Assembly (NCBI RefSeq): GCF_018977255.1
Contig: NW_024704743.1
Coordinates: 68,078,001-68,142,000, forward strand
Direction: 5' to 3'
DNA length: 64,000 nt
Source of the DNA: Callorhinchus milii
Lineage: Eukaryota
A program made the position numbers and the translations under genes. Shown piece after piece: positions 37,017 through 49,248 of the stretch (position 1 is its first letter; each line of letters begins with the position of its first letter). Under the pieces are notes generated by a model. The model searched no databases, was not told where the DNA came from, and was given only the letters and a program-made list of their open reading frames with translations.

Positions 37017-39545
37017 GTCCCAATGTGGTGCTGGGCCCTGAGAGCTCCTGTAGCCTTGCTGGTCTCCCATCTCCCCCCCAAAAAGCCACCCAGTTTTTGT
37101 TAAAGAAGCAATTAATATTGTTTTGCAATAATCTAATATGTGTTATTTCCTCATGTTTAGTAAAGTAAAAAAAATGCAGGTTTCCAGTAAAATGTACCTG
37201 AATAGCACCAATCAACACCCCACCATTTTCTGCAAAATTTGTCAAAAATGCCCACACAATTTTTGGCAAATATTTCCGCACTTTTTTATTGGCCCAGGCC
37301 AATACCCACCTCCACTGTGAGCATTGATAGAGCTCTCAAATGTACAGAAACATCCACTCACAAAGCCAGGCCGAGGGGAGGGAGGTAATTTGCAATGGAT
37401 ATATAGACAGAGACAGAGCACGAACAGACACAAAAATACAGTTAGATACAAAGACAACAAATCCCACGGGGGACTGACATACACAGAGAGGTGAGACTGG
37501 GACAGAGACAGGAAGCGAGGATAGAAAGTAAAAGGCAAATAGAAATCAGAGATTCATTCACAAACAGAGCATGTTTGCACTCATTGCCAATGGCTCACTA
37601 CAGTAGATTTTCATTCCCAAGTAATTTCTGCTCCCTAATGCCTGTCCTGGGATGGGCAATGTTACTATTGTAAAGTATTTCCTCTTCCAGATAACATGAA
37701 ATTAATTAAATCCTACTATTTTGGAAGGACAGTGGACATGAAAGATACCATAACATTATTCTCCTGGTGTCTTGGCCAAAGTCCTCCAGATTAATTAACT
37801 ATTAACCTCATGACTGATTGTGGACCTTTCCTGGCAAAATGTTTTTGTTTGTCTACAAAATATTTCTCACACAAGTCAGCTGTGATGTAACACAGGTCAC
37901 TGTTTGAATTATCCTTTAGCAGTGCTGGGTCATTATTAGTGAATCCCATTGTAAATCACTGCTTTTTGAGCCCCATTGATGATAATGTGTCAACACCTGG
38001 CGTTCATCTACAAAATACACAGTCACCAAACTTTATAGTAAATCTTGCGATATGTCCTCCCCAGGTGACATAACAACAATTTGCATTTATATAGTACCCT
38101 TCATGCTGGACAGTTTGTGAAAGCCACTATATAAATGCAATATAAATCTCACCCCTAGAGGATATCTTATACTAAACAACCAGGACAACTTTAGAAATGA
38201 TTCATGGCATCTGTCAATCACAAGGCTGCATTTGCAACATTTGGTACTTCTCAGTGCTAAACGTGTTAATGCTATTGGTTTAGCAACACGTTACACTGTA
38301 TCACTTTCTCATGGCTGTGCATTAAAAACGTATTTAATTACTGGGTTATGAACCATATTATCCAAATTAATTTCCAATTACATTTACTAAGTGCTGCAAA
38401 TTAATAGCCAATCTGCAAATTAAATCATGATATTAGAAATATATTAAAGATATTCATTAGGAGCAGGGATTAATCCAACTCACCTTCCGCTCACTTCACA
38501 AGCTAAAGCCCTAATGAGAACGGTGGACCTAGCTGGCCAAGAAAGGGGAAGCTTGCCAGACATTGCTCCCAATGGCTTGGATACATATTAAGCATAGTGA
38601 TGGGCTTCCACGTGTATCAGACAACCTGGCTGACCAAACAAAAAATGCACTTGCTGATAACGTATGTTTGTGTCCTCCACCACTTAATTACATTGTTTGC
38701 ATTAAATAGGTTTGACTAAAAATAGAGTGAACTTTTATATATTTTAAAATTTGGTAAACAAATAACACTGAAGCAAAGATATGCTATAGAGTGCTGCAGT
38801 TCTGGTGGAATTTGCCAAATTCTCCATACTGTGAAATGCTACATTAATAGAGTACATCCATATCCAGATGGAATTTTACTGCAGGAACGTGTTTCAGGAT
38901 ACGACTAGTTTGATCTCCTATGCTTATGCAGTTTCTCCTGGTCTCCATAAAGTAAGAGAAAAATCTAAGCATAAGGATTGCCAAACTGGTGCCTTGGCCA
39001 ACAGTCCTCCATATAAAATTGGTGATTAATTTCATGGCTGTTCTTGATTAAGGAAAGTGCATAAATTGGCTGCCGTGTTTACCTCCAAAATACAGTCACA
39101 ACCTTGTGCAGTAAATTTTATAAGACATCCTCAAAACTTTAAAATTGCTTTCTCAAATTCAAGGATTATTACTTGTCATTAGTATCATGAAGAATTGTGG
39201 AAGATTCTTAAATGCAGTCTTAATTTGGAAGTCAGTTCTTTTAAGATAGACCAAAATGGTCAAATGGTCTTACAAGATGTGATGCAATTTGGGGTCTCTG
39301 GAGAGGGAACACTGCCTGACATTCGTTTCACTAATCTGGAGCATTGTAACAAATCATAGAACCCCCTTCATGTCATCTTGGTTCAGATCGACAACCCGAA
39401 TCATCCCTATTGTACGGCTCAGCTCCTGGCTATATAAACCTACTGAGCCACATTCCCCAAACCNTTTTTTAAATTGCATATTTTATGCATTATGTAATTC
39501 AGCTGGAAATCAGCAAAATGTCTGCAGAAAAAAGACCTATGTTTA

Positions 39546-39756
39546 TAATAATAATAATAATCCTTGCATTTGATATAGCGCTTTTCACGTCGGGAGGACG
39601 TCCCAAAGCGCTTTACAGAATATACTGTAAAGTGAATTGACTGTATATTTGTGGGCGAAACGCAGCAGCCAATTGCACACAGCAATGTCCCACAAACAGT
39701 CATGGATTGAAAATGACCAATTTATTGTTGTTTTTTGGTTTTGGAGGGATTATTAT
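39546..39756 (-). mobile_element. SINE 3' part
   Basis: Matches the body and tail of the full-length SINE copies. Confidence 0.92.
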
Positions 39757-40234
39757 TTGGTTTGTTTGGTTTGGTTTGTTTGGTTCAATACCTCTTCCCA
39801 CCCCCTATACACACACACACACACATGCACGCATTTACACATATATGCACACACCTTGAATGAGAGTTCAATACCTCAAAGAGTGCATAGGTAGCAATAA
39901 TACATGCAATCTTTACTTTCAAAGACTGCAAAAATCAATTCATTTACTTTAACAAAATGAATCCCGGACTGGCAGCTATAATTCCTGTAGGTCGGGCTAA
40001 TGCATTGTATTAGCGTGCTGTGACAAATATGATGTTTGGTTTCTAAAGACTATTTATTTCAGTTGCTACAGTTTCACAGCTGGACCCACAAAGTGAGAGA
40101 AAAGTCCAAAGGATTGAAAAACCTGGCCATTTGGTTTAGAGTCTAATACTACCATACTGTCTACCTATTACTATCATAATTTATTTGGTGCTTTTTAATT
40201 CCCTTTCATGCTTTAGAAATCCTAATACAGAATA

Positions 40235-40905
40235 TAATAATAATCCTTGAATTTCATATAGCACCTTGTCATATCATAGAGGCATCTCAAAGCGCATGAA
40301 TGTGCGTATTCTGTAGGTGAACATTGCAGCCAATTTGGGTACAGCAGTGTCCTACAAACACCCATGGAGTTAGTGAACAATTTTTATTTTGGGAGATTTT
40401 TGGCCACGACCAAGTCCCTTCTCTTTACAAATGATGTCATGGGATCTTCATCCTCCACTTGAACAAATAAACAGGAGCCCAGTTTAACATGGCATCTCTA
40501 ACAAAATAGCCCCACCCCGTGCTGCCCCGTGTGTCAGCATAGACTGTAAACCAGGGGTCTCCAACAGGTCAATTGTCACAAGGTGGCGTCTCGCACGTGC
40601 TCAATAAAAACAAGAGTCAGGAGCGATATTTACTGCAGTTTTAACATTACAGTTTATATAAAGTTTATTTCCAGGTGATTGAAATACTTCATGCAACTGG
40701 CTTTGTTTTCAATTTGACTCAATAACGATGCAGTTCTATTCGTTCCTTCCTCTTGTCTTTTTGATAGTACGCTACAGCGCCACCTAGAAGCGATCAACCG
40801 GTTGGAGCCCCCTGCTTTCGGGGTTCCAAGCCCTGTTATGGGGCTTGAACCCACAATCCTCTGACTCAGAGACGAAAGTGCTATAGCTGAGGCAGACTGA
40901 CACAT
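40235..40905 (-). mobile_element. Old tRNA-headed Deu-type SINE interrupted by a MITE
   Basis: Tail at 40235, Deu-like body, head (reverse of gggcttgaacccacaatcctctgactcagag) at 40840-40905. Confidence 0.7.
40552..40814. mobile_element. hAT-like MITE
   Basis: 14-bp TIRs caggggtctccaac / gttggagccccctg (1 mismatch), with imperfect inverted similarity for ~65 bp; 8-bp TSD not preserved. Confidence 0.7.
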
Positions 40906-41307
40906 CTAAAGTATAGGGCAAGACTGATTTTCTTCATTGTTGGTAGACAGAAATATTCTTATTGTTCAATTAGAATGTTTGTATGCACAACACTAAGTCC
41001 TTCAGTCAATATTTTATTTTCCTATCATTTAATTCCTATTCATTCTGACCTTGAATATGGAAGAAAAAGGAAGGATAAGCAACAACCCTCTGTCAGATGC
41101 CAGCCAGCTATTTCAGAATTAATTTGTCCCACTGCACTGCAGCTTGAATCTCCAAGAAGATTTATGTGGCCCAATCTGATATCCATCCTGGTGCAATCAA
41201 ATTTCTAGCATGTGTCTGTGTTTTATTTGTTGGGTTAAGCTTCTTCACTTCTGACTGTATAGTAACATGGAGAAGGAAGCCAGGGTTATTCTGTCCTGAT
41301 TTGCGTC

Positions 41308-41393
41308 GCTTTGTATTTGACTGATAGAAAAATATCTTGGCGTATAAAACATTTTATACGCCAAGATGTTTTTCTATCAGTCAAATACAAAGC
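41308..41393. repeat. Near-perfect palindrome (42-bp arms, 2-nt loop)
   Basis: 41308-41349 is the reverse complement of 41352-41393 at 41 of 42 positions. Confidence 0.95.
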
Positions 41394-42039
41394 AACATGA
41401 ATGATGACCATTAAAATCTCGGGGTAAAATATAGGGTGTTCGTTCAATTAGGGCCAGTGTTAATTTAATGCTAGTGTTAGTTCTGGCTAGGGCTTTTGTT
41501 TCTTGATGTTTATTAATTTCATTTCTCGGGGCTTTTTTTTTAGCAATTTTCAAATCGTATGTAGATGTCCAAAAATTAAGGAGTTGGGGTGTTTGCATTT
41601 TATATACTGTAATGAGACGTTTTTGGGTACGCCTCTCCACATGCTCCTGTACACACAGGACGGAGAGAGGCACCCTCACCTCCGCACATTGTCTCCCTTC
41701 TCTCATGTACATATGCTTTACCAGATGCTCCTGCACACACACAGAGGACTAGAGGAAGAGGCAGAGAGTGAGAGTAACGCATGTGATGTTGGCAAACCAG
41801 GGCGCCACCAAGAGCAAGTGGGAGAGAGAGAAAATCTCACCCTTGAGTAACCATTTTAGGTGCTTTTCCAGTGATCATTGAATAAACATAGATTTCATTT
41901 CTTTGAATCAGTGTTTTATCAGTGTTTATTGGTTAAAGCCAAAAATCAAAAGCCCTAGTTTTTGTGAATCCAACATTCTCAGCTTCACACTGTAATGTCT
42001 TAATGGGTACTATTGGCAATGTTGGCCCCTGCTCCCCGC

Positions 42040-42620
42040 TCATAGAACCATGGAGATTTATAGCACAGAAGAAGGCCATTCAGCCCATCATGTCTATGCT
42101 GGCTCCCTCAGGAGCAAGCCTTTCTCCATATCCTGCCCTTTCTCCATATCCATGTGGTTGAATTTTGTTTATATATATATATAGCAAGTTCTCTTTGAAA
42201 GATACTATGGATTCTGCCTCAGCCATCGCTCCTGGAAGGGAATTCTATATCCTAACTACACTGTGTGTAAAACAAAATCTTCCAATCTCCCCATTTGCTC
42301 ATTTACTAACCATCTTAAATTGATGTCCTCCAGCTACTGATTTACCAACCAGTGGGAATAATTTCTCTCTACTGACTCTATCAAAACCCTTCATAATTTT
42401 TAAAATCTCTATCAGGTCTTTAAACCTCTATTAATGATCTCTATCAGATCTCAACCATCTGTGTTTCCGCAAAAAAAAAGTCCCAGTTCCTCTATACTCC
42501 GCTCATAGACCAAACTCCGGTATCATCCTAGTAAACCTCTGCACCTCCTCTATTGTCTTTCTTAAAGTGGAGTGATCATTACTGGACACAATATTTTAAT
42601 TGTGGTTTAAAGGACAATAG
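42040..42620 (-). mobile_element. CR1 3' portion
   Basis: catagaaccatggagatttatagcacagaagaaggccattcagccc followed by reverse ORF2 C-terminus. Confidence 0.75.
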
Positions 42621-42744
42621 TGATATATAATAATAATCCTCACATTTATTATAGTGCCTTAGCATCCTTGCTTCTCTTATTGACACGATTGGTTGAAAGA
42701 CCTTCTTCTGTGCCATAAATTTCTTCCTGATTGAAATATCTCAA

Positions 42745-43060
42745 AATGTTTCACAGGATATACTGCATAGTGCTGTATTTTATGGGCCAATGCGCAGACA
42801 ATTTACGCATAGCAATATCCCACAAACAGCTATGAAGCAATTTTATTGTTGGCCAGGACATCATGAGAAACTCCTCTTTTCGAATAGTGCCATGGATCTT
42901 TAATATGCACCTGAACAGAGAGAAAGGACCTTGATTTAACATTTCATCGCCTCTGATAAAGAAACACATGCCCCATTGCATTGAAGTGTCAGTTTAGACT
43001 GCAAGTTCAAAGTACCGGTGTGGGGTTTGAACCCATAACTTTCTGTGACTGTTGAAGTTG
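42745..43060 (-). mobile_element. Old Deu-type SINE
   Basis: cccacaaacagc...aatagtgccatggatctttaat...ggtttgaacccataactttctg; similar copies at 46926-47210, 50040-50260, 51000-51300 and 57765-58045. Confidence 0.7.
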
Positions 43061-43456
43061 CTGAGAAACTATTATTGTTGTCACAGCAGCTGGAATGGTA
43101 ATAAATATTTCTGGATGAAGACATAACTGTAAAAACGCATACAAATCAATAGCAGTCTGTCAGGTCACCTCATTGTGCAGAGGCAACTTTTTCAGTCCCA
43201 GGCAGTTTGGTTATCCATGTACGTAAGGAATGGATTTACAGATAATGCCCATATGCTTTTTGGTGATACAATAATAGATGTACAATAACACAATATGGGG
43301 ATAGGGTCTGGCAGTGGGATTGAATGGACAGCTTGTTCTGAGAGCCAGAGGAGGCTCAATGGACTGAATGGCTTCCTTCTGAGCTGTACATTTCTCTGAT
43401 TCTATGAATTCTATGAATCCCCATGGTTGAAAGCACTATACTGTACTGCAGTGGTA

Positions 43457-44098
43457 CCAGCTGCTCCATGATCGCCTCTCGTCCACCTTCAACTCCCTCG
43501 TCCCCCTAAAATCCAGGACCATCTCCAAACCCACCCGATCTCCCTAGTACAACAACCATCTCCGCTGCCAAAAAAAACAAACCCGTCTACTCGAGCACAG
43601 ATGGCGGAAAACTGGCCTGACAGTTCACCACCAACTGTGGCTCGAGCATCTCCACAGCTACTGTCGTTCTTTGACACGCGAAAAAACGGCCTTCTACTTC
43701 AACATGATCTTGGAGGCTAAACACAACCCTAAAATCCTTTTTTCCACCACCCACTACCTCCTCCATGCCCCCCTCAGGCCTCCTCAATCTTTGTATTAAA
43801 TGCCAAGTGCGAGGAGGTCATGGACTTCTTTTAATCTAAAATACATAACGGCCGTGCCTTCAGCCACTAAGCCCCAAGACTCTGGAATTCCCTTCCTCAT
43901 TCACTTCGCCTCGTCCCCTCTCTTCCTATTTTCAGGGCTTGGCTGAAGACCTTTCTTTTCGACCGCGCCTTTGGTCACCTTCCTCCCCCTCCCCCTGGCT
44001 CGGCCCCGGGATCCGTTACTGTGAAGCGCTCTGAGGCACCGTCCGGCGTGGAGGGCGCTATATAAATCCAAGTTGTTGTTGTTGGTGGTGGTGGTGGT
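43457..44098 (+). mobile_element. Internally deleted L2 family B (post-endonuclease linker fused to the 3' end)
   Basis: 43457-43849 matches the reverse of 10343-10720; 43850-44085 matches the reverse of 7965-8198. Confidence 0.88.
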
Positions 44099-45629
44099 AT
44101 GAATGGCACAAAAGACAGTAATGCCCAATGAGTTAGAAACAGCAATATCTATGCTCTTGAGCATTATTCATTACCCAGGGTGGAATGGAGGTTTACCTGC
44201 AAACAGAGTTTAGTAATGGTGATGTGTGCAGTTGCTCTCATTATCTCATTATCTCACCATGATAGCCAGATGTTGCAATCACTGCACAGTGTTAACATTG
44301 TCCATAATGAATGATTCTTAGTGGAACAAATAATTCTTTGAAAAAATGTCAGTTTCATAGCAGTTGTGTTTGAATTAATATTTTTTATTTACAATTGGCT
44401 GCTTGAAGCATTACCCTGGCTGGGTTCTTGTATGTACCTCATCATTACCCACATTCAAACCATGGGAAAAGAACCTACCGTTCAATGGGAGAGGAAAGCA
44501 ACATATTATATTGCTTGATCACCTATGCCTGAGTTAGCAATCCCTAAACCACCCAAATTAACTGTTTTGCCGGTATTTGAAAAAGTTTTCCAATCCCAAT
44601 TATTAACCTATGTTTTTAATGTGCTTCTGTTAGCCCCAGCGAATCAATAATGATCCACGATGCATAATACAAATGGGACACTAGCTTTAAAAAGCTATGC
44701 ATTATAGACCCGATTAGCAATATTGTTAAGGATAATGACGGGCAGCACAGAAATTCCACTAGAGCTGTGTTTAACAGGATCTAGACTTGTGGCAATTGCT
44801 CTATGTGTTGCATTGCCTCCAATGGTAATATATTGCTGCTCCTAGTAAGCATGTGGTAATTAATGCGGACAGGAATACTGCAGCGTGCAGAGATGCTTAA
44901 AAACTAAAATTCCATTGCTTGCAGCAAGAGGCTTTACGTTAATGTTGGATTTCTTTGTCTATGTTCACCCCACAGCAAATAGGCGCTGAACTCCTGGGGA
45001 GGGACAGAATAAACAGTATAGTTTTGCTGTATATATTGCCACAAGTCTAGATCCTGTTTCAAGATGACACCATTTATTTCTCGTTATTGAACGTGCAACT
45101 GAATGTTGTGTTTGTCAATAAAAATATCTCTTTGCATCAATAATGGTGGTAAAAGAGCTGAAGTAATTTTTCCCTGTTGTTTTAAACGTACTGCTCCTTA
45201 CCATGTTTTAGTAGGATTATTACTGATGATTTATGGAGAACCACCCTGCTGTTTACTGCAGGATAAAAAAGACTTCTTCTCAGTGTTAAGGCAATGTAAA
45301 AAAAAATTGTTTGAGCTTGTATATATAGCTGTATATCTATCCTTGAATCCATGTCCATCATTCCTGTGATGTCTATTTTATATATATGTAATATATGTTT
45401 GTGACATTCACAGGATTTGTTTATTCTTTTTCGTTTTGATATTATGCAGGTCCTGAATACGTAGTTTATTCTACGTTGCTGATGTTTGATGATTCCTTAA
45501 CTACAGACATAACAAATGTAATAACTATATGAAAATAATCATATTAAGAATAATCTTTGCATTTGATATAGCACCTTTTTTGTCTGGAGGACGACTCAAA
45601 GCACTTCACAGGATTTATTGTAAAGTGTA

Positions 45630-46925
45630 ACCCTTGCAATCGGGTTTCCGTGCTGCCCACAGAACAGAAACAGCTCTGGTCAAAGTGACAAATGACATTC
45701 TGTCCATCTGCGACCAGGGCTCCCTTTGCTTTCTCTTCCTCCTTGACCTCTCTGTTGCCTTCGATACCGTCGACCACTCTATCCTCATCCACTGCCTCTC
45801 CTCTTACCTCAACCTTCATGATTCTGTCCTTGAATGGTTCAGATCCTGCCTTTCACACCGTCTCCACAAACGGCTTCTCCTCTAGCCCCCGCACCATTTC
45901 GTGCGGCGTTCCTCAGGGCTCTGTCCTTGGTCCCCTCCTCTTCAACATCTATATGCTCCCCCTTGGTGACATCATCCGCAGCCATTGGGTCAACTTTCAC
46001 ATGTACGCAGATGACACCCAACTCTGCCTCCACCCTTGACTCCAGAGCCACTGCTGTTCTGTTAGACATCAAGTCCTGGACGAAAGCTAACTTTCGACAC
46101 TTGAACTTCAATAAGACCGAGGCCCTACTGATTGGCTTCCGTCAGCGCCTCCACACCTCAGGCACTGACAGCATCGCCATCCAAGGACGCACACTCCACC
46201 TTACTAAGCCACCCTGGTGTCTTATTTGACCCTCAACTATCCTTTCTACCCCACATCCGTGCCGTGACCCGCTCTACCTTCCCCTACCTCCGCAGCACTA
46301 TCATTGTCTTACACCACAGACCGCCAAAACCCTCATACACCATTCATAACATTCAGGCTTGATTATGCAAACTCCCTGCTCGTCGGCCTTCCCAACTTCT
46401 CCCTCCGCAGGCTGCAGCTGGTCCAGAACTCTGCAGCCCGTGTCCTCTCCCAACGAGGCTCCGTGACCCTATCACCATGTCTGGCTCCAGGCTTCCCATC
46501 GCACAATGGATACAACTCAAGATACTTCAAAGCCTTCCATGATCTCGCTCTCCCCTACCTCTGCGACCTCCTAAACCCCTACCAATCTGCCCATTCCCTC
46601 CACTCAGAGTGCTCCGGCCTGCTTCACGTCCCCCACCTCGCCTGACCCACCACTGGCGGGCAGGCCTTCAGACATTCTGTCCTCACCTTGTGGAACACCA
46701 TCCTGCAGTCCCTCCGCCTTGACCCCTCCCTTGCCACCTTCAAGACCATCTCAAGACCCTTCTCTTCGACCGAACTTTCGATCAGCCTTCTTGCCCCCCT
46801 GCTCTCCACACTCCCCAATCCAGACCCCCAGCTCGGGTCTGAAACACTGACTGTTCAGCTCCTTGGGACGTCCTCCCGACGTGAAAAGCTCTATACAAAT
46901 GTAATTCTGTTGCTGTTATTGTTGT
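45630..46925 (+). mobile_element. L2 family A 3' half, inserted in an old minus-strand SINE
   Basis: [31 protein letters not shown] and tail; host SINE halves at 45545-45630 and 46926-47210. Confidence 0.93.
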
Positions 46926-48931
46926 AGTGACTGTATTTTCTGCACAATTGCAGCCAATTTGTGCACAGTATGTCCCACAAACAACCATGAAGTGAATAGA
47001 CGATTTTATTTAGGAAATTGTTGGACAGGAGAGTGGAACAAGCTCCCTTCTCTTTTCAAATAGCACCATGGCATCCTGCTTAACAGACAGAACCTCAATT
47101 TAACAGCTCATCTGAAGGACGGCATCTCAACAACACATCGCTCCCCAATACTGTATTAATGTCAGCCTGGAATGGATGATTTCAAATCCTGATGTGGGGC
47201 TTCAATTCACAACCTTATACATATCATACCTTATATAAGACCTACCTCTTCAACCATGATCATGGTCATGTCCCCTTCTACCTTTTCTCTTGCTCAGCAT
47301 CCAACCTTGCCACGGTTCAGCACTATGGGATTCTATCCTGCATGAAGAAATGCAATTTCTGAATGATGAAACAATAAACTATTACTGGGAAATAATATAG
47401 CTGTTGCTCAGTAGCACTTTGTTCCTCAGTCATTTTATGGACTTTGCCGAATGTAAGACTCACAATGTGAATATCGTCACGAGTTTCACAAGCCGAAAGA
47501 TGCAAACGAGAAGTTGCAGTTATAACAATACATTCAATACACCAAATTAGACTCTGATATCAGCATTGCAGAGACTGAGGCTCAGCCATGTATTACTTCT
47601 ACATGTGCAGAATGAATAGCTATTCAAACCCTTCGATGTGATGACTGCCAGGTAATCACTCTAGGGTATCCATTAGTTTTCTAATATATTCTGTGGAGAT
47701 GGTGGGAATGGAAACTTTCATTTTCACTCTGCTCCTTTTGCCAGTTAAAGGCATCATAGGAGATATTGATGACCAAGAATGCTCCATACAGCTGATGCAT
47801 GATAACTGTTGTAATGGAGCACTAAAGCCTGTGTTGCAAAGTTTCTTGAGGTATTATCTGTTGATTACCAGAAAACAATAACACCAGGACATTTTATAAA
47901 TATGTAGCAGGGTAGGTTATTTACACGACTCTGACGCAAGTAACAATAACAATGTAGGACAATGTTTTTTTTTCCATTCCAAGCTCCCCTGAATATAGTG
48001 CTCCACTTCAGCTCAGGCATTTAGAACAATATCATTTCAATCTCGGGTATGCTTTTAAAGATGTTTTAATGTTTATTTTGCATCATACCATCTGTGTCCT
48101 AGTGTTAACCAATTCCTGTGGATAAATAGGGCAGACCCTGTTCAAATGCTTAAATAGAAAAGGTAGCCAATAGCCTTGGGCTACGCTTGATGGCATAGGC
48201 TGGATACAGTAAGTACAATATAACAGTTTAACAATGACCTTTTATTTAAAAGGTTGTTTCCTACCCCCATTCACTGAAATAAAATTCAAAAGAGATAATG
48301 AATCAAACAGTGAAACGTGACTGAGTTATTCTGCGATCATAACCCTGATGAAGTATATGAGACAGCCATGCTATGGATAAGGAGACATGGGAATAAATGT
48401 AAATAAGTAACATCCTGTATTAAATAGTGGTATAAAATAGATTGAAATTATTTTTAAACCATGAAGTATTTCTTCACTTTTAATTAAAATATAAAACAAA
48501 AGGTATTATTTAAAATTCACCATTAAGTTTCCAAACATGGAAAAATATTGGGCTGATATTAGAGATCACAAATGTATTATTTTTGAACCTTAAACACACC
48601 ACAAGTCATGTATCATATAAATTGAATTTGGTGGTTTATGTCTTTTTCAATCCGTGTCTGGGTTTACCACTCCATTTGATGGCACCAGAAAAAATCTTTG
48701 GCGCTACCTGCATTAATTGTTGTCTTGCGTGATGAAGAGCACAGACAGTTCGCAGTGTGCTACAAAGCAATGAGAGACTCAGATAATATCATGTGATACC
48801 AAGCTGCAAAAGCAATTGAATTATTAACATCATCTCTCTCAAGATGTATTGCTGCATTGAAACATAAGACAGAATCTATTCTCTTATAATGTATACGGAC
48901 TTCATCACTTGTTATGAAGTTACTTGTCAAA

Positions 48932-49248
48932 GGAGTCCTGTATCTCAGTGGTTAGAGCACTCGCCTTGCAAGCGAGACACCTGGGTTCAATTCCAGGCAG
49001 GGCGAAACCTTGGGCAAGTTTCCTTACTCCGCACACCTAATAATAATCCCTCCAAAACAAAACAATTATAAATTGGTCATTTTCAATCCACGACTGTTTG
49101 TGGGACACTGCTGTGCGCAATTGGCTGCCACATTTCGCCCACAAATATACAATCAATTCACTTTACAGCACATTCTGTGAAGCGCTTTGAGACGTCTAGA
49201 AGACGTGAAAAGCGCGATATCAAATGCAAGGATTATTATTATTATTAT
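48932..49248 (+). mobile_element. tRNA-derived SINE, full length, short subfamily, tagaa-loop tail
   Basis: Complete head, body, tail and (TTA)n. Confidence 0.95.

Noticed and set aside
36558..37302. Long Thr/His-rich ORFs (also 9103-9417)
   Set aside because: They are microsatellite translations.
38851..38951. YIHIQMEFYC resembling the eIF2-alpha kinase LYIQMEFC motif before a gtaaga donor
   Set aside because: The acceptor is weak, the downstream residues do not fit a kinase, and no other kinase exons are seen.
39464..39464. Single ambiguous base n
   Set aside because: An assembly ambiguity, not a biological feature.
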